The position numbers and the translations under genes were made by a program. From Rhodoferax sp. (GTDB lineage Bacteria; Pseudomonadota; Gammaproteobacteria; Burkholderiales; Burkholderiaceae_C): a stretch of 64,000 bases of DNA. Positions 10,996 through 21,427 of this stretch are shown here, in pieces. Position 1 is the first letter of the stretch. The number at the start of each line of letters is the position of its first letter. The notes below the pieces were generated by a model. That model was not told the DNA's origin. It worked only from the letters and a program-made list of their open reading frames with translations, and made no database searches. The stretch spans positions 22,085 to 86,084 of the forward strand of contig NZ_JAQTWM010000003.1 in assembly GCF_028689305.1 (NCBI RefSeq), written 5' to 3'.

Positions 10996-11687
10996 TCCAG
11001 GGAAATCCTCAGGGCAGCGGCGGTGGCCATAGGCGAAAAGAACAAGGAGAGTACCAGCAAGGCTGATAACAATGACAGGTGTCCGCCAATGCCCAACCCG
11101 GCGGCATCGGCTTCAACGGCACCGGCGCCAAAGATCAGCACCGGAATATAAAGCGGCAGGATCAAAAGCGACAGCAAAACCCCTGCACCGCGTACGCCCA
11201 AGGTCAGGGCCGCGCCGATGCTGCCGATCAGGCTCAGTGTCGGTGTGCCCAGCAACAGTGACAGCATCAGGATGCCCAGGGCACGGCTGTCCAGTCCGAA
11301 TTGCAATCCCAGTACCGGGGCCATCAACACCAGCGGCAGTCCCGACAGCAGAAAGTGCGCCAGGGCCTTGGCCAGCACCAGCAGGCCCAGTGGTGTCGGA
11401 GACAGCGCCATTTGTTCCAGGGAACCATCCGCGTGGTCGGTGGCAAACATGCGTTGCAGCGACAACATGGCCGCCAGCAGGGCGCTGACCCACAACACCC
11501 CCGGGGCCATGCGCAGCAGCAGCCTGGGCTCGGCGCCCACACCGAGCGGGAACAGGCTGGCGATCACCATGAAAAAAACCAGGGGCGTCAACACTTCGCC
11601 TTTTTGCCGCAGGCCCAGGGCAATTTCCCGCTTCATCACGGCCAGCATGACCTGGCCCAGGCCGATGGTTTTCAGGACGTGGTTCAT
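10992..11687 (-). CDS. ccmB: Heme exporter permease CcmB
   Basis: LFPLGVG, DHADGSLEQ, LPLYIPVLIFG motifs. Confidence 0.97.
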   Translation of the reverse strand: MNHVLKTIGLGQVMLAVMKREIALGLRQKGEVLTPLVFFMVIASLFPLGVGAEPRLLLRMAPGVLWVSALLAAMLSLQRMFATDHADGSLEQMALSPTPLGLLVLAKALAHFLLSGLPLVLMAPVLGLQFGLDSRALGILMLSLLLGTPTLSLIGSIGAALTLGVRGAGVLLSLLILPLYIPVLIFGAGAVEADAAGLGIGGHLSLLSALLVLSLFFSPMATAAALRISLE

Positions 11688-12319
11688 GAGGCTTGCAACT
11701 CCAGCAGCTGGGCCGCAAAGTCACCAATTGGCACACGCTGGTGGCTGGTGACCACGGCCAGGCCATTGTTTTGCAGATGGCTGGCAATCAGCTCAGCCAA
11801 CATCTGCACACCCGCCTCGTCCATGGCCACGTAAGGTTCGTCCAGCACCCACAGGCGTGCCGGGCTGAGGGCCAATCGCGACAAGGCCACACGCCGTTTC
11901 TGGCCCTGTGACAAATGCCGCACCAGCTGGCCGCCGCGGCCACGCAGCCCAAAGCGGGCCAGGATGTCCTGCAGCTGGGCGGTGTCGATGGCCTGACCCG
12001 ACAGCGCCGTGGTGAAACTCAGGTTTTCCTGGACCGTCATGGATTCTTGCAGTGCATTCAGGTGCCCGAGGTAACACAAGTCCCGGCGGTAACTGTCAGG
12101 CTGTTTGTGAATGGGGATGCCGTTCCAGAGGATGTCGCCGGATTCGATGGAGGCCAGGCCACACACCATGCGCAGCAGGCTGGTCTTGCCGACACCATTG
12201 GCCCCGGCGACATACAGCCAGTGGCCTGCGGTCAGGGTGCAATCGACATTTTTGAAAAGCTGCCGTCCACCCCGGGTGCAGCCCAGCTTGGAAAAAGTCA
12301 GTGTGGTGGTGGTGTTCAA
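11684..12319 (-). CDS. ccmA: Heme exporter ATPase CcmA
   Basis: GANGVGKTS, LSQGQKRR, WVLDEP motifs; first gene of the operon. Confidence 0.96.
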   Translation of the reverse strand: MNTTTTLTFSKLGCTRGGRQLFKNVDCTLTAGHWLYVAGANGVGKTSLLRMVCGLASIESGDILWNGIPIHKQPDSYRRDLCYLGHLNALQESMTVQENLSFTTALSGQAIDTAQLQDILARFGLRGRGGQLVRHLSQGQKRRVALSRLALSPARLWVLDEPYVAMDEAGVQMLAELIASHLQNNGLAVVTSHQRVPIGDFAAQLLELQAS

Positions 12320-12393
12320 AAGGGGGCGGGCGTGGCGTTGTCGGAAAGCCGATTATCTTATGGCGTGCCCGGTGTGCCCGTCTTAAGACGGTC

Positions 12394-13143
12394 TTAACAG
12401 GTGATCACAACCTTTTGGTACAGGCCGCCAAAATAGGTCTGTTTGCTGATATCGGTATAACTGCAGCCTTCGGGCAGCCAGTCGGCGATGTTGCCGTTCC
12501 ACAAGTCCATGGCAAAGGGCTCCAGCGTGGTGAGGATCGGCACCATGATGTAACGAAACGGGCTGCTGGCCACCGGACGGTGGTAGTCGACAAACACCAC
12601 CTTGCCGCCGGGTTTGGTGACCCGCAAGGCCTCGGCAATGGTCTTGCGCCGCACATCAGCGGGCATCTCGTGCAGCAGGAAGAACACCATCACCGCGTCG
12701 TGGCTGGCGTCGTCAAACTGCAGGTGTGTGGCATCCTGCTGGGTGATGCTGACCTGGCGCTTGTCACCGAGCTTGTCATGCAGGTTGCTGATCTGCACCG
12801 GCGCTACATCAATCACATTCAGGTGGCCTTGCGGCCCCAGGCGGCGCAACAGGTATTCGGTGAAGTTGCCGTACACGCAGGCCACCTGCAGCAGTTGGCC
12901 GTTGACGGCGTCACCCAGTTCGTCCAGCGCCAGGTCGCGCAGGCGCGAGAAATTGCCCCACAGGATCAGGTTCACCAGCCATTGCCGCTCAAACACGCGC
13001 ACGGCATTGGGGTGGGTGTAGGCCCACCAGTACGTCTTTTCCAGGTAATCCGGAACGATGACCGGCGCTCTGTTGAGTGGCGCGACGGCCGCCAGGGAGT
13101 TCTCTCGCTGGATAACACCGGATTTCTCAAAAGTCATGAACAA
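12394..13143 (-). CDS. rquA: Rhodoquinone biosynthesis protein RquA
   Basis: PDYL..TYWWAY.HP...RQWLVNLILWGN, QVACVYG and FFLLHEMP signatures on a class I methyltransferase fold. Confidence 0.9.
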   Translation of the reverse strand: MFMTFEKSGVIQRENSLAAVAPLNRAPVIVPDYLEKTYWWAYTHPNAVRVFERQWLVNLILWGNFSRLRDLALDELGDAVNGQLLQVACVYGNFTEYLLRRLGPQGHLNVIDVAPVQISNLHDKLGDKRQVSITQQDATHLQFDDASHDAVMVFFLLHEMPADVRRKTIAEALRVTKPGGKVVFVDYHRPVASSPFRYIMVPILTTLEPFAMDLWNGNIADWLPEGCSYTDISKQTYFGGLYQKVVITC

Positions 13144-13278
13144 GCCTTGATGCGGACCTGCATCAACCGGGAAAACCCGTTGTGCTGGCGAAAGGTGGAC
13201 AACAGAAGCGTAGCAAAGTGGCGTCGGCTTGACCCGATGGCATCAGATCAGACACAACAGCCACTCATCAAGCGCCAG

Positions 13279-13887
13279 TTATTTTAGTAAGCCTTCTGCG
13301 CGCAAGGCCGCTTGCACTGCCGGACGTGCACTGACCCGCGTGATAAACGCGCCCAGATGGCTCAGGCCGCTGATGTCCACGCCCACATGTTTGCTCCAGT
13401 TCGAGACGACAAACAGGTAAATGTCGGCCACGGTGAAGGTGTCGCCCATCAGGTAGGTTTTGCCGGCCAGTTCGCCATCGACCCATTTCAAGCGGCCTTC
13501 CAGGCGTGTTTTGGCCAGGTTTTTGGCTTCTTCGGGCATGCCAGGGGTGAACAGCGGTGAAAACCCCTTGTGCAGTTCGGTGCCGATGAAGTTGAGCCAC
13601 TCCTGCAGCTTGTAACGTTCATAGCTGCCGTTGGCAGGGGCGAGCTGTTTGGCCGGCGCCTGGTCCGCAATGTATTGCACGATGGCCGGGCCCTCGCGCA
13701 GTTGCCGGCCATCGTCGAGCACCAGCAGCGGCACATAACCCAGCGGGTTGATGGTGTAGTAGTCCGTTCCGTCGGCCAGCTTGTGGGTCTTGGTGGGGGC
13801 GGCAACGGCTTCGAACGTCAGTCCCGCCTCATGCAGGGCAATGTGGGGGGACAGGGAACAGGCGCCGGGTGAGTAAAACAGTTTCAT
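13279..13887 (-). CDS. gstA: Beta-class glutathione S-transferase
   Basis: MKLFYSPGACSLSPHI, NPLGYVP, ELHKGF; GGAG RBS upstream. Confidence 0.94.
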   Translation of the reverse strand: MKLFYSPGACSLSPHIALHEAGLTFEAVAAPTKTHKLADGTDYYTINPLGYVPLLVLDDGRQLREGPAIVQYIADQAPAKQLAPANGSYERYKLQEWLNFIGTELHKGFSPLFTPGMPEEAKNLAKTRLEGRLKWVDGELAGKTYLMGDTFTVADIYLFVVSNWSKHVGVDISGLSHLGAFITRVSARPAVQAALRAEGLLK

Positions 13888-14038
13888 GAATTCTCCAGGT
13901 GAGACAGGTTGTTTGACCGGTGTGGGCCGCAAAAAGGCCGAATGCTACCGTGCTTCCCGGCATGTTGCTGGCGGACCAGGCGATAACCTGATGGTCGCGA
14001 CAGCTGGTCAGCTTCACGGGATTTGCAATGGCCAAATT

Positions 14039-14104
14039 TGCTATTAAATATATAGCTAGTAGAGTATATTCTGTGCGGGCTAGACCTCTATTTAACGATT
14101 TAAA
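14039..14104. repeat. Dispersed ~65-bp element, copy 2 (opposite orientation)
   Basis: GCTA-N9-TAGC (14040-14056) - 20 nt - GGGCTA (14077). Confidence 0.8.
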
Positions 14105-15306
14105 ACCTTGGCTACGGGGTTGTGCCGCAGGCGGAAGGCATCCGGCATGCCCGAACCCAGCAGCGGGCGCAGGTACAGGCGAAAGGCATCGGTGACGTCG
14201 GTGCCGCTGGCGCTGATGAACTCATCTTCCATGACCCGGGTCTTGCCGGCCACCGCTTCCAGGGGCAGCAGTTCGTAGTCCACCGAATAAAAACCGGTGC
14301 GCTTGATGGCCACCGAGCCATTGTGCTGGCCCCACATGGCAAATTGCACGGCTTTTTCGCCGACCTCGCGGGCTTCGCGCTGGTCCACGTCCGAGACGCA
14401 GCCGATGAATGAGCGCTGCAGGTAACCAAAGGTGTCACCACGCACCCGCTTGATCTTGAGCTTGGCCTTGATCTCTTCACACAGCAGGTCCGCCAGCGCA
14501 CCATTGCCCGAGAGCTGCACATTGCCATGGGCATCGTGCTCCAGCTCCTTGGCCAGCAGCGCGGCAATCGGCGTGCCGGAGGCATCGTGGATGCCTTCGG
14601 ACACGGCAATCACGCAGCGGCCATACCGCGCGTAGGTGGCCTTGACGTCGGCCAGAAACTGCTCCAGCACAAAGGTGCGTTCCGGCAGGTAAATCAGGTG
14701 CGGACCATCGTCGGGGAACTTCTTGCCCAGCGCCGAGGCCGCCGTCAGAAAACCGGCATGGCGCCCCATCACCACCCCGACGTAGACGCCGGGCAGGGCG
14801 GCGTTGTCCAGGTTGGCCCCGGCAAAGGCTTGCGCCACGAACCGGGCGGCCGACGGAAAACCGGGCGTGTGGTCGTTGCCGACCAGATCGTTGTCGATGG
14901 TCTTCGGGATGTGAATGCAGCGCAGGTCATAGTTGGCCGCACGGGCTTCCTGGCTGACGATGCGCACGGTGTCGCTCGAATCGTTGCCGCCGATGTAGAA
15001 AAAATGCCCGATCTGGTGCGCCTGCAACACCTTGAAAATCTCATGGCAGTAAGCGGCATCGGGTTTGTCGCGGGTGGAGCCCAGGGCCGACGAGGGGGTG
15101 TTGGCAACCTGTTCCAGGTTGTGGCTGGTTTCCTGCGTCAGATCGACAAAGTCTTCGTCGACGATGCCGCGCACGCCGTGATGGGCGCCGTAGATGTGGC
15201 CGATCTGGCTGAAACGCCGCGCCTCAAGCGCCACGCCGACGAGCGACTGGTTGATCACGGCAGTGGGGCCGCCGCCCTGGGCGACAAGGATTTTTCCGGA
15301 AGCCAT
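14092..15306 (-). CDS. Phosphofructokinase, probably PPi-dependent
   Basis: QGGGPT, GGNDS (Asp at the PPi-specificity position), PKTIDND, MGRHAG. Confidence 0.88.
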   Translation of the reverse strand: MASGKILVAQGGGPTAVINQSLVGVALEARRFSQIGHIYGAHHGVRGIVDEDFVDLTQETSHNLEQVANTPSSALGSTRDKPDAAYCHEIFKVLQAHQIGHFFYIGGNDSSDTVRIVSQEARAANYDLRCIHIPKTIDNDLVGNDHTPGFPSAARFVAQAFAGANLDNAALPGVYVGVVMGRHAGFLTAASALGKKFPDDGPHLIYLPERTFVLEQFLADVKATYARYGRCVIAVSEGIHDASGTPIAALLAKELEHDAHGNVQLSGNGALADLLCEEIKAKLKIKRVRGDTFGYLQRSFIGCVSDVDQREAREVGEKAVQFAMWGQHNGSVAIKRTGFYSVDYELLPLEAVAGKTRVMEDEFISASGTDVTDAFRLYLRPLLGSGMPDAFRLRHNPVAKVLNR

Positions 15307-15511
15307 AAAGGTGTCCTGTTACAAGGTGAATGGAGCAGAAACAAACAGCATCCATTGTGCCCGGGATGCACCGGTTTGGGCGCTGGCACAAACCCCGGTC
15401 TTGGGCTGGCGCCGCCAGGGTTTGGGGGCCTTTCGGTAAAATCGCACCCCTTGAGTCACCGGCGCCGGGCGAGCGCTTTCCCCCCTGATTCGCTCACTTT
15501 GATGGACCACC

Positions 15512-17545
15512 ATGCTTTATCCCCAACATTTTGACGTGATCGTCGTCGGCGGCGGTCATGCCGGTACCGAGGCGGCGCTGGCCGCTGCCCGCATGGGCTG
15601 CAAGACGCTGCTGCTGTCGCACAACATCGAGACGCTCGGTCAGATGAGCTGCAACCCCTCGATCGGCGGCATCGGCAAGGGCCACTTGGTCAAGGAGGTG
15701 GACGCGCTGGGCGGCGCCATGGGGCTGGCGACTGACGAAGCGGGCATCCAGTTTCGCATTCTCAACTCCAGCAAGGGCCCGGCGGTGCGCGCCACCCGGG
15801 CCCAAGCCGACCGCATTCTGTACAAGGCCGCCATTCGCCATCGGCTGGAAAACCAGCCCAACTTGTGGCTGTTCCAGCAGGCGGTCGATGACCTGATGGT
15901 GGAGGGTGACCGGGTGGTGGGGGCCGTGACCCAGGTCGGTATCCAGTTCCGCGCCAGCACCGTGGTGCTCACCGCCGGGACCTTTCTGGACGGCAAGATC
16001 CATGTTGGCCTGAACAACTATGCCGGTGGCCGGGCGGGCGATCCGCCGGCCGTCAGTTTGTCGGCCCGACTCAAGGAACTCAAACTGCCGCAGGGCCGCC
16101 TGAAGACCGGCACACCACCGCGGCTGGACGGCCGCTCGATCGACTTCAGCCAATGCACCGAACAGCCCGGGGATGGCATGCCCGGCGGCATGAGCCCGAG
16201 CATGCCGGTGTTCAGCTTCATGGGGCGGCCCGACATGCACCCGCAGCAAATGCCGTGCTGGGTAACCCATACCAACGAACGCACCCATGACATCATCCGC
16301 AGCGGCTTTGACCGCAGCCCGATGTTCACCGGCAAGATCGAAGGCGTGGGACCGCGTTATTGCCCGAGTGTGGAAGACAAGATCAACCGCTTTGCCGACA
16401 AGGAAAGCCACCAGATTTTTCTCGAACCCGAAGGCCTGACCACCCACGAGTACTACCCCAACGGCATCAGCACCAGCCTGCCGTTTGACATCCAGTACGC
16501 CTTGGTGCGCTCCATGAAGGGGCTGGAAAACGCCCACATCCTGCGCCCCGGCTACGCCATCGAATACGACTATTTCGACCCGCAACAACTCAAGAGCAGC
16601 TTTGAAACCCGGGTGATCTCCGGGTTGTTCTTCGCTGGCCAGATCAACGGCACCACGGGTTATGAAGAGGCGGCGGCACAAGGCCTGTTTGCCGGCATCA
16701 ACGCCGCCCTGCAGGCCGGTGCCCGCCACAGCTGGAGCCAGGACACCTGGGTGCCGGCGCGGGATGAAGCCTACCTGGGGGTGTTGGTGGACGACCTGAT
16801 CACCAAAGGCGTGACCGAACCCTACCGCATGTTCACCAGCCGGGCCGAGTTCCGCCTGCAGTTGCGTGAAGACAATGCCGACGCCCGCTTGACCGAAACC
16901 GGCCGCAAACTCGGTTTGGTGGACGATGCCCGCTGGGATGCCTTTTGCCGCAAGCGTGATGCTGTTTCACGTGAAACAGAACGCCTGCGCTCAATCTGGG
17001 TCAGCCCGAAAAACCTGGAAGCCGCCGAGGCGCAACGGGTGCTGGGCAAGGCGCTGGAGCATGAATACAACCTGGCCGATTTGTTGCGCCGCCCCGGTGT
17101 GAGTTATGCCGCACTGATGTCACTGGACGGTGGCAAGTACGCTGCCCCTGATTTGCCAGTGACTGTTTCACGTGAAACAGCAGACACCGCTGTCCAGGCC
17201 GCCACGGTGATTGAGCAGGTGGAGATTGCCGCCAAATACTCGGGCTACATTGACCGGCAGAAGGACGATGTGCTGCGCGCCGCCCATTATGAAAACCTCA
17301 AGTTGCCGCAGGACCTGGATTACATGCAGGTGTCGGCCCTGAGTATGGAGGCACGACAAAAGCTCAACCGCCACAAGCCGGAAACCCTGGGGCAGGCTTC
17401 GCGTATTTCCGGCATCACACCGGCGACGATTTCCTTGCTGACCATCCACTTGAAAAAATCCAAGTTCCGGGGTTTTGTGACCTCCGGCGAGGAGCGTGAT
17501 GTCCACCGCGCGGCCAACCCAGCTCAGCTGGACACGGAGGCCTGA
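15512..17545 (+). CDS. mnmG: tRNA uridine 5-carboxymethylaminomethyl modification enzyme MnmG
   Basis: [41 protein letters not shown]. Confidence 0.99.
   Translation: MLYPQHFDVIVVGGGHAGTEAALAAARMGCKTLLLSHNIETLGQMSCNPSIGGIGKGHLVKEVDALGGAMGLATDEAGIQFRILNSSKGPAVRATRAQADRILYKAAIRHRLENQPNLWLFQQAVDDLMVEGDRVVGAVTQVGIQFRASTVVLTAGTFLDGKIHVGLNNYAGGRAGDPPAVSLSARLKELKLPQGRLKTGTPPRLDGRSIDFSQCTEQPGDGMPGGMSPSMPVFSFMGRPDMHPQQMPCWVTHTNERTHDIIRSGFDRSPMFTGKIEGVGPRYCPSVEDKINRFADKESHQIFLEPEGLTTHEYYPNGISTSLPFDIQYALVRSMKGLENAHILRPGYAIEYDYFDPQQLKSSFETRVISGLFFAGQINGTTGYEEAAAQGLFAGINAALQAGARHSWSQDTWVPARDEAYLGVLVDDLITKGVTEPYRMFTSRAEFRLQLREDNADARLTETGRKLGLVDDARWDAFCRKRDAVSRETERLRSIWVSPKNLEAAEAQRVLGKALEHEYNLADLLRRPGVSYAALMSLDGGKYAAPDLPVTVSRETADTAVQAATVIEQVEIAAKYSGYIDRQKDDVLRAAHYENLKLPQDLDYMQVSALSMEARQKLNRHKPETLGQASRISGITPATISLLTIHLKKSKFRGFVTSGEERDVHRAANPAQLDTEA
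16963..16978. promoter_or_regulatory. parS site 1 (inside mnmG)
   Basis: Perfect palindrome TGTTTCACGTGAAACA. Confidence 0.93.
17164..17179. promoter_or_regulatory. parS site 2 (inside mnmG)
   Basis: Perfect palindrome TGTTTCACGTGAAACA. Confidence 0.93.
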
Positions 17546-18198
17546 TGTCAAACCTGGAACCCATGCTGCGCCAGGGGCTTGCTGAACTGGACCTGGCGCT
17601 GTCGGACGCCCAGGTCGCCCAGCTGCTGGCATATCTGGCGCTGATCCAGAAATGGACCAAGGTCTACAACCTGACGGCGGTGCGCGACCCGGCTGAGATG
17701 TTGACCCACCATCTGCTCGACAGCCTGGCGGTGATCCTGCCACTGCAGCGGCAGTTGGCGCAGCTGCCCGCCGCTGGGTCGCTGCGTTTGCTCGACGTTG
17801 GCTCCGGCGCCGGACTGCCCGGCGTGGTGATGGCCATCTGCTGCCCGCAGATCACGGTGCACTGCGTGGACACCGTGGCCAAGAAAGCCGCGTTCATCCA
17901 GCAGGTGGCGGTGACACTGAAGTTGCCCAATCTGCGTGGCCTGCATGCCCGGGTGGAAAGCCTGACGGACAAGTACCAGGTGATCAGCAGCCGGGCATTC
18001 GCCTCTCTGGCGGACTTCACCAGTTGGTCGGCGGCGGCGCTGGCAGAGCAGGGCATCTGGATGGCGATGAAGGGCAAACACCCCGCCGACGAAATCACCG
18101 CATTGCCATCCAGTGTCGAGGTGTTTCACGTGGAACAACTGGATGTTCCTGGCCTGGAGGCAGAGCGCTGCATTGTGTGGATGCGCAGCTCAGGTTGA
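17545..18198 (+). CDS. rsmG: 16S rRNA m7G527 methyltransferase RsmG
   Basis: YNLTA, HLLDSL, DVGSGAGLPG, SRAF; follows mnmG. Confidence 0.98.
   Translation: MSNLEPMLRQGLAELDLALSDAQVAQLLAYLALIQKWTKVYNLTAVRDPAEMLTHHLLDSLAVILPLQRQLAQLPAAGSLRLLDVGSGAGLPGVVMAICCPQITVHCVDTVAKKAAFIQQVAVTLKLPNLRGLHARVESLTDKYQVISSRAFASLADFTSWSAAALAEQGIWMAMKGKHPADEITALPSSVEVFHVEQLDVPGLEAERCIVWMRSSG
18122..18137. promoter_or_regulatory. parS site 3 (inside rsmG)
   Basis: TGTTTCACGTGGAACA, one mismatch from the palindrome. Confidence 0.88.
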
Positions 18199-18349
18199 AT
18201 TTTCTGATTGTCCAGCCGGCTTTATCTTCCCCCTGGCCCTTTCCGCCCCGGCCTCCATCCCTGCCAACGCCGTTGCCCCCACCCGCAGTAACGTAAACTC
18301 CACCCCTGCGCCCGGCGACCTCTCGGGCCAATTTCCAGGACTCTTTCCC

Positions 18350-18964
18350 ATGCTTGGCGTCACCGACTACGGTACTTTTGTTGTCACCATCATCGTGTTC
18401 CTGCTCATCCCGGGCCCAGGCAATCTGGCCCTGATCACCTCCACCAGCAAGGGGGGCATCCGGGGCGGACTGGCCGCCACCTTCGGCGTGATTGTCGGTG
18501 ACCAGGTGCTGATGTGGTCGGCCATTGCCGGTGTGGCCGCCTTGCTGAGTGCTTACCCAAATGTCTTCAACGCGGTGCAATGGCTGGGTGCCGGCTACCT
18601 GGCCTGGCTGGGTGGACAGATGCTGCTGGCCAAACCTGGCGCCAAGCCGGTGCTGCAGATCCATCCCCATCATTACCTGAAGCAGGCGCTGATGATCACC
18701 TTGCTGAACCCGAAGGCCATCCTGTTTTACATGGCGTTTTTCCCGCTGTTTGTGGACCCGGTGCGCCAGCAGGGCTTGACGACTTATGCCTTCATGGCGG
18801 TCACCATTGCTGTGCTGACTTTTCTGTACGGCTTGACGGCGGTGCTGCTGACGCATTTTCTGGCGGCGCGGGTGCGGGCCAACCCGGCCATTGCCCGGGT
18901 GCTGGAAAAGGTCGCGGGTTTGTTCCTGATCGGCTTCGGTTTCAAGCTGGCGTTGTCGCGCTAG
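18350..18964 (+). CDS. LysE/RhtB-family exporter (LeuE-like)
   Basis: PGPGN and LLNPKAILF motifs, hydrophobic; start reassigned to ATG 18350. Confidence 0.88.
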   Translation: MLGVTDYGTFVVTIIVFLLIPGPGNLALITSTSKGGIRGGLAATFGVIVGDQVLMWSAIAGVAALLSAYPNVFNAVQWLGAGYLAWLGGQMLLAKPGAKPVLQIHPHHYLKQALMITLLNPKAILFYMAFFPLFVDPVRQQGLTTYAFMAVTIAVLTFLYGLTAVLLTHFLAARVRANPAIARVLEKVAGLFLIGFGFKLALSR

Positions 18965-18978
18965 GCGCGGGGTGCTGG

Positions 18979-18994
18979 TGTTTCACGTGAAACG
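18979..18994. promoter_or_regulatory. parS site 4 (intergenic, upstream of parA)
   Basis: TGTTTCACGTGAAACG. Confidence 0.88.
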
Positions 18995-19034
18995 TTGGGT
19001 GGTGTCTGGTTTCTCCATTTTGAGTTAGGTTCCC

Positions 19035-19820
19035 ATGGCCAAGATTTTCTGCATTGCGAATCAAAAGGGAGGGGTTGGCAAAACCACCTCCACGGTCAAT
19101 CTGGCCGCTGGCCTAGCCAAGGTCGGGCAGCGTGTGCTGATGGTGGACCTGGACCCGCAGGGCAATGCCACCATGGGTTCGGGCGTGGACAAACGCAAGC
19201 TGGAACTCAGCGTTTATGACGTGTTGCTGGAATCCGCCTCGGTGCGTGAGGCCCGCGCCCAGAGCAGCCGCTTGGTCGAGGCAGGCTGTGGTTACGACAT
19301 CCTGGGTGCCAACCGCGAACTGGCCGGCGCCGAGGTCGAAATGGTCAGCCTGGAGCGGCGTGAAAAACGCCTGAAAACCGCGCTGGCCGACGTGGATGCC
19401 GACTACGACTTCATCCTGATCGACTGTCCGCCCAGTCTGTCGATGCTGACGCTCAACGGTCTGTGCTGCGCCCATGGCGTGATTGTGCCGATGCAGTGTG
19501 AATACTTCGCGCTCGAAGGCCTGGCCGATCTGGTCAACACCATCAAGCAGGTGCACGCCAACCTGAACAAGGACCTGGCCATCATCGGGCTGCTGCGTGT
19601 CATGTATGACCCGCGCATCACTCTGCAGCAGCAGGTGAGTGAACAACTCAAGGCCCGTTTTGGTGACAAGGTCTTTGAAACCGTGATTCCGCGCAATGTG
19701 CGACTGGCCGAAGCCCCCAGTTATGGGGTGCCGGGGGTGGTGTTTGACCCGGCCAGCAAGGGCGCCCAGGCGTTTGTGACGTTTGCCAAAGAGATGGTGG
19801 AACGTAGCCAGACCATGTAG
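19035..19820 (+). CDS. parA: Chromosome partitioning ATPase ParA
   Basis: [38 protein letters not shown]. Confidence 0.97.
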   Translation: MAKIFCIANQKGGVGKTTSTVNLAAGLAKVGQRVLMVDLDPQGNATMGSGVDKRKLELSVYDVLLESASVREARAQSSRLVEAGCGYDILGANRELAGAEVEMVSLERREKRLKTALADVDADYDFILIDCPPSLSMLTLNGLCCAHGVIVPMQCEYFALEGLADLVNTIKQVHANLNKDLAIIGLLRVMYDPRITLQQQVSEQLKARFGDKVFETVIPRNVRLAEAPSYGVPGVVFDPASKGAQAFVTFAKEMVERSQTM

Positions 19821-19877
19821 TCAAATTGGCCTCTAGCCCGGATAAAACAAGCAGTTTTTGCTACAAAAATCATAGTA
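19818..19877. repeat. Dispersed element, copy 3
   Basis: GGCCTCTAGCCC - 20 nt - GCTA-N9-TAGT; fills the whole gap between parA and the hydrolase gene. Confidence 0.8.
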
Positions 19878-20417
19878 ATGAATCCTGATCACATTCTCAT
19901 CCTGCCGGGCTGGCAAAACTCCGGTCCACAACACTGGCAAAGCCTGTGGCAGACCCGGTTTGGCTACCAGCGGGTCGAGCAGCACGACTGGATGCGGCCC
20001 CTGCGTGGCGACTGGATTGCCCGTCTGGAAGACGTGGTGCTGTCGGCCGACCAGCCGGTGGTGCTGGTGGCCCACAGCCTGGGCTGCCAGCTGGTGGCGG
20101 CGTGGGCGGCACACTCCAGCAACACCCGGCGGGTCAAGGCGGCGCTGCTGGTGGCGCCCGGTGACCCCGAGCGCGACGAATTGCGCCCGGTGCTGACGAG
20201 CTGGGCGCCAGCCGTGATGCAGGCGCTGCCGTTTCCCAGCACCCTGGTGGCCAGCACCAACGACCCGTATTGCAGCTTTGAGCGCGCCTGCGGTTTTGCC
20301 AGCGCCTGGGGGGCCGGCTTGGTGACCCTGGGGGCGATGGGCCACATCAATGCTGATTCCGGCCTGGGCGACTGGCCGCAGGGGCAGACCCTGTTGCAAG
20401 CCCTGACTTCGATCTAA
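19878..20417 (+). CDS. RBBP9/YdeN-family alpha/beta hydrolase
   Basis: PGWQNSG..HWQ, AHSLG, STNDPY, GHIN. Confidence 0.9.
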   Translation: MNPDHILILPGWQNSGPQHWQSLWQTRFGYQRVEQHDWMRPLRGDWIARLEDVVLSADQPVVLVAHSLGCQLVAAWAAHSSNTRRVKAALLVAPGDPERDELRPVLTSWAPAVMQALPFPSTLVASTNDPYCSFERACGFASAWGAGLVTLGAMGHINADSGLGDWPQGQTLLQALTSI

Positions 20418-20429
20418 CGAAAGACAAAC

Positions 20430-21422
20430 ATGGTGACCAAAAAACTCAAAGGCCTGGGTCGCGGCCTGGAAGCCCTGCTGGGCCCGACCGTGGATGAAAC
20501 CACATCGCCCGACGGCGGCCCTGACGGCGGCGCCAACAGCGGCCAGCCCTCCACGCTGCTGCTCAGTGACATGGTGGCCGGCGTTTACCAGCCGCGCACC
20601 CGCATGGACGAAGGTGCGCTTTATGAGCTGGCCGAATCCATCAAGGTGCAGGGCATCATGCAGCCGATCCTGGTACGCCGCCTGAGTGATGCCGATGCCG
20701 AACTCAAGCGCCGCCAGCAGTCGCCCGAGGGCGGTGGCGGTGGCGCGGTGCGCCCGCTGTACGAAATCATTGCCGGTGAGCGGCGTTTCCGCGCCGCCAA
20801 GCTGGCTGGCCTGGACAGCGTGCCCGTGCTGGTGCGTGACGTGCCCAACGAGGCCGCCGCTGCCATGGCGCTGATCGAGAACATCCAGCGCGAAGACCTC
20901 AACCCGCTCGAAGAAGCCCAAGGCTTGCAACGCCTGATCAAGGAATTTGGCCTGACGCACGAAACCGCCGCCCAGGCCGTCGGGCGCTCGCGCAGTGCCG
21001 CCAGCAACCTGCTGCGCCTCTTGAATCTGGCCGAGCCGGTGCAAACCATGCTGATGGCCGGTGATGTGGACATGGGCCACGCTCGTGCCTTGCTCAGCCT
21101 GGACCGGGCCACGCAGATCACCGCTGCCAACCAGATCGCCGCCAGGAAACTGTCGGTGCGTGAGGCGGAAAGCCTGGTGAAGAAACTCGGCGCCGAGTTC
21201 TCGCTGGTGGCGACCAAACCCAAGAAAGAGAAGTCGCGCGACCTCAAGCGGGTGGAAGAAGAGCTGTCGGACCTGCTGATGGCCCAGGTGGAGGTGCGTG
21301 TCAAAAAACGAGTCAAACGCGCCGGGCGGATGGAAGAAATGGGCGAGATCAGCATCCAGTTTGGCTCGCTCGACGAGCTCAACGGCCTGATCGAGAAACT
21401 TCAGCGCGCGGCCAGCCGCTGA
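20430..21422 (+). CDS. parB: Chromosome partitioning protein ParB
   Basis: GLGRGL, QPR, GERRFRA, ENIQREDL, helix-turn-helix. Confidence 0.97.
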   Translation: MVTKKLKGLGRGLEALLGPTVDETTSPDGGPDGGANSGQPSTLLLSDMVAGVYQPRTRMDEGALYELAESIKVQGIMQPILVRRLSDADAELKRRQQSPEGGGGGAVRPLYEIIAGERRFRAAKLAGLDSVPVLVRDVPNEAAAAMALIENIQREDLNPLEEAQGLQRLIKEFGLTHETAAQAVGRSRSAASNLLRLLNLAEPVQTMLMAGDVDMGHARALLSLDRATQITAANQIAARKLSVREAESLVKKLGAEFSLVATKPKKEKSRDLKRVEEELSDLLMAQVEVRVKKRVKRAGRMEEMGEISIQFGSLDELNGLIEKLQRAASR

Positions 21423-21427
21423 CCCTG

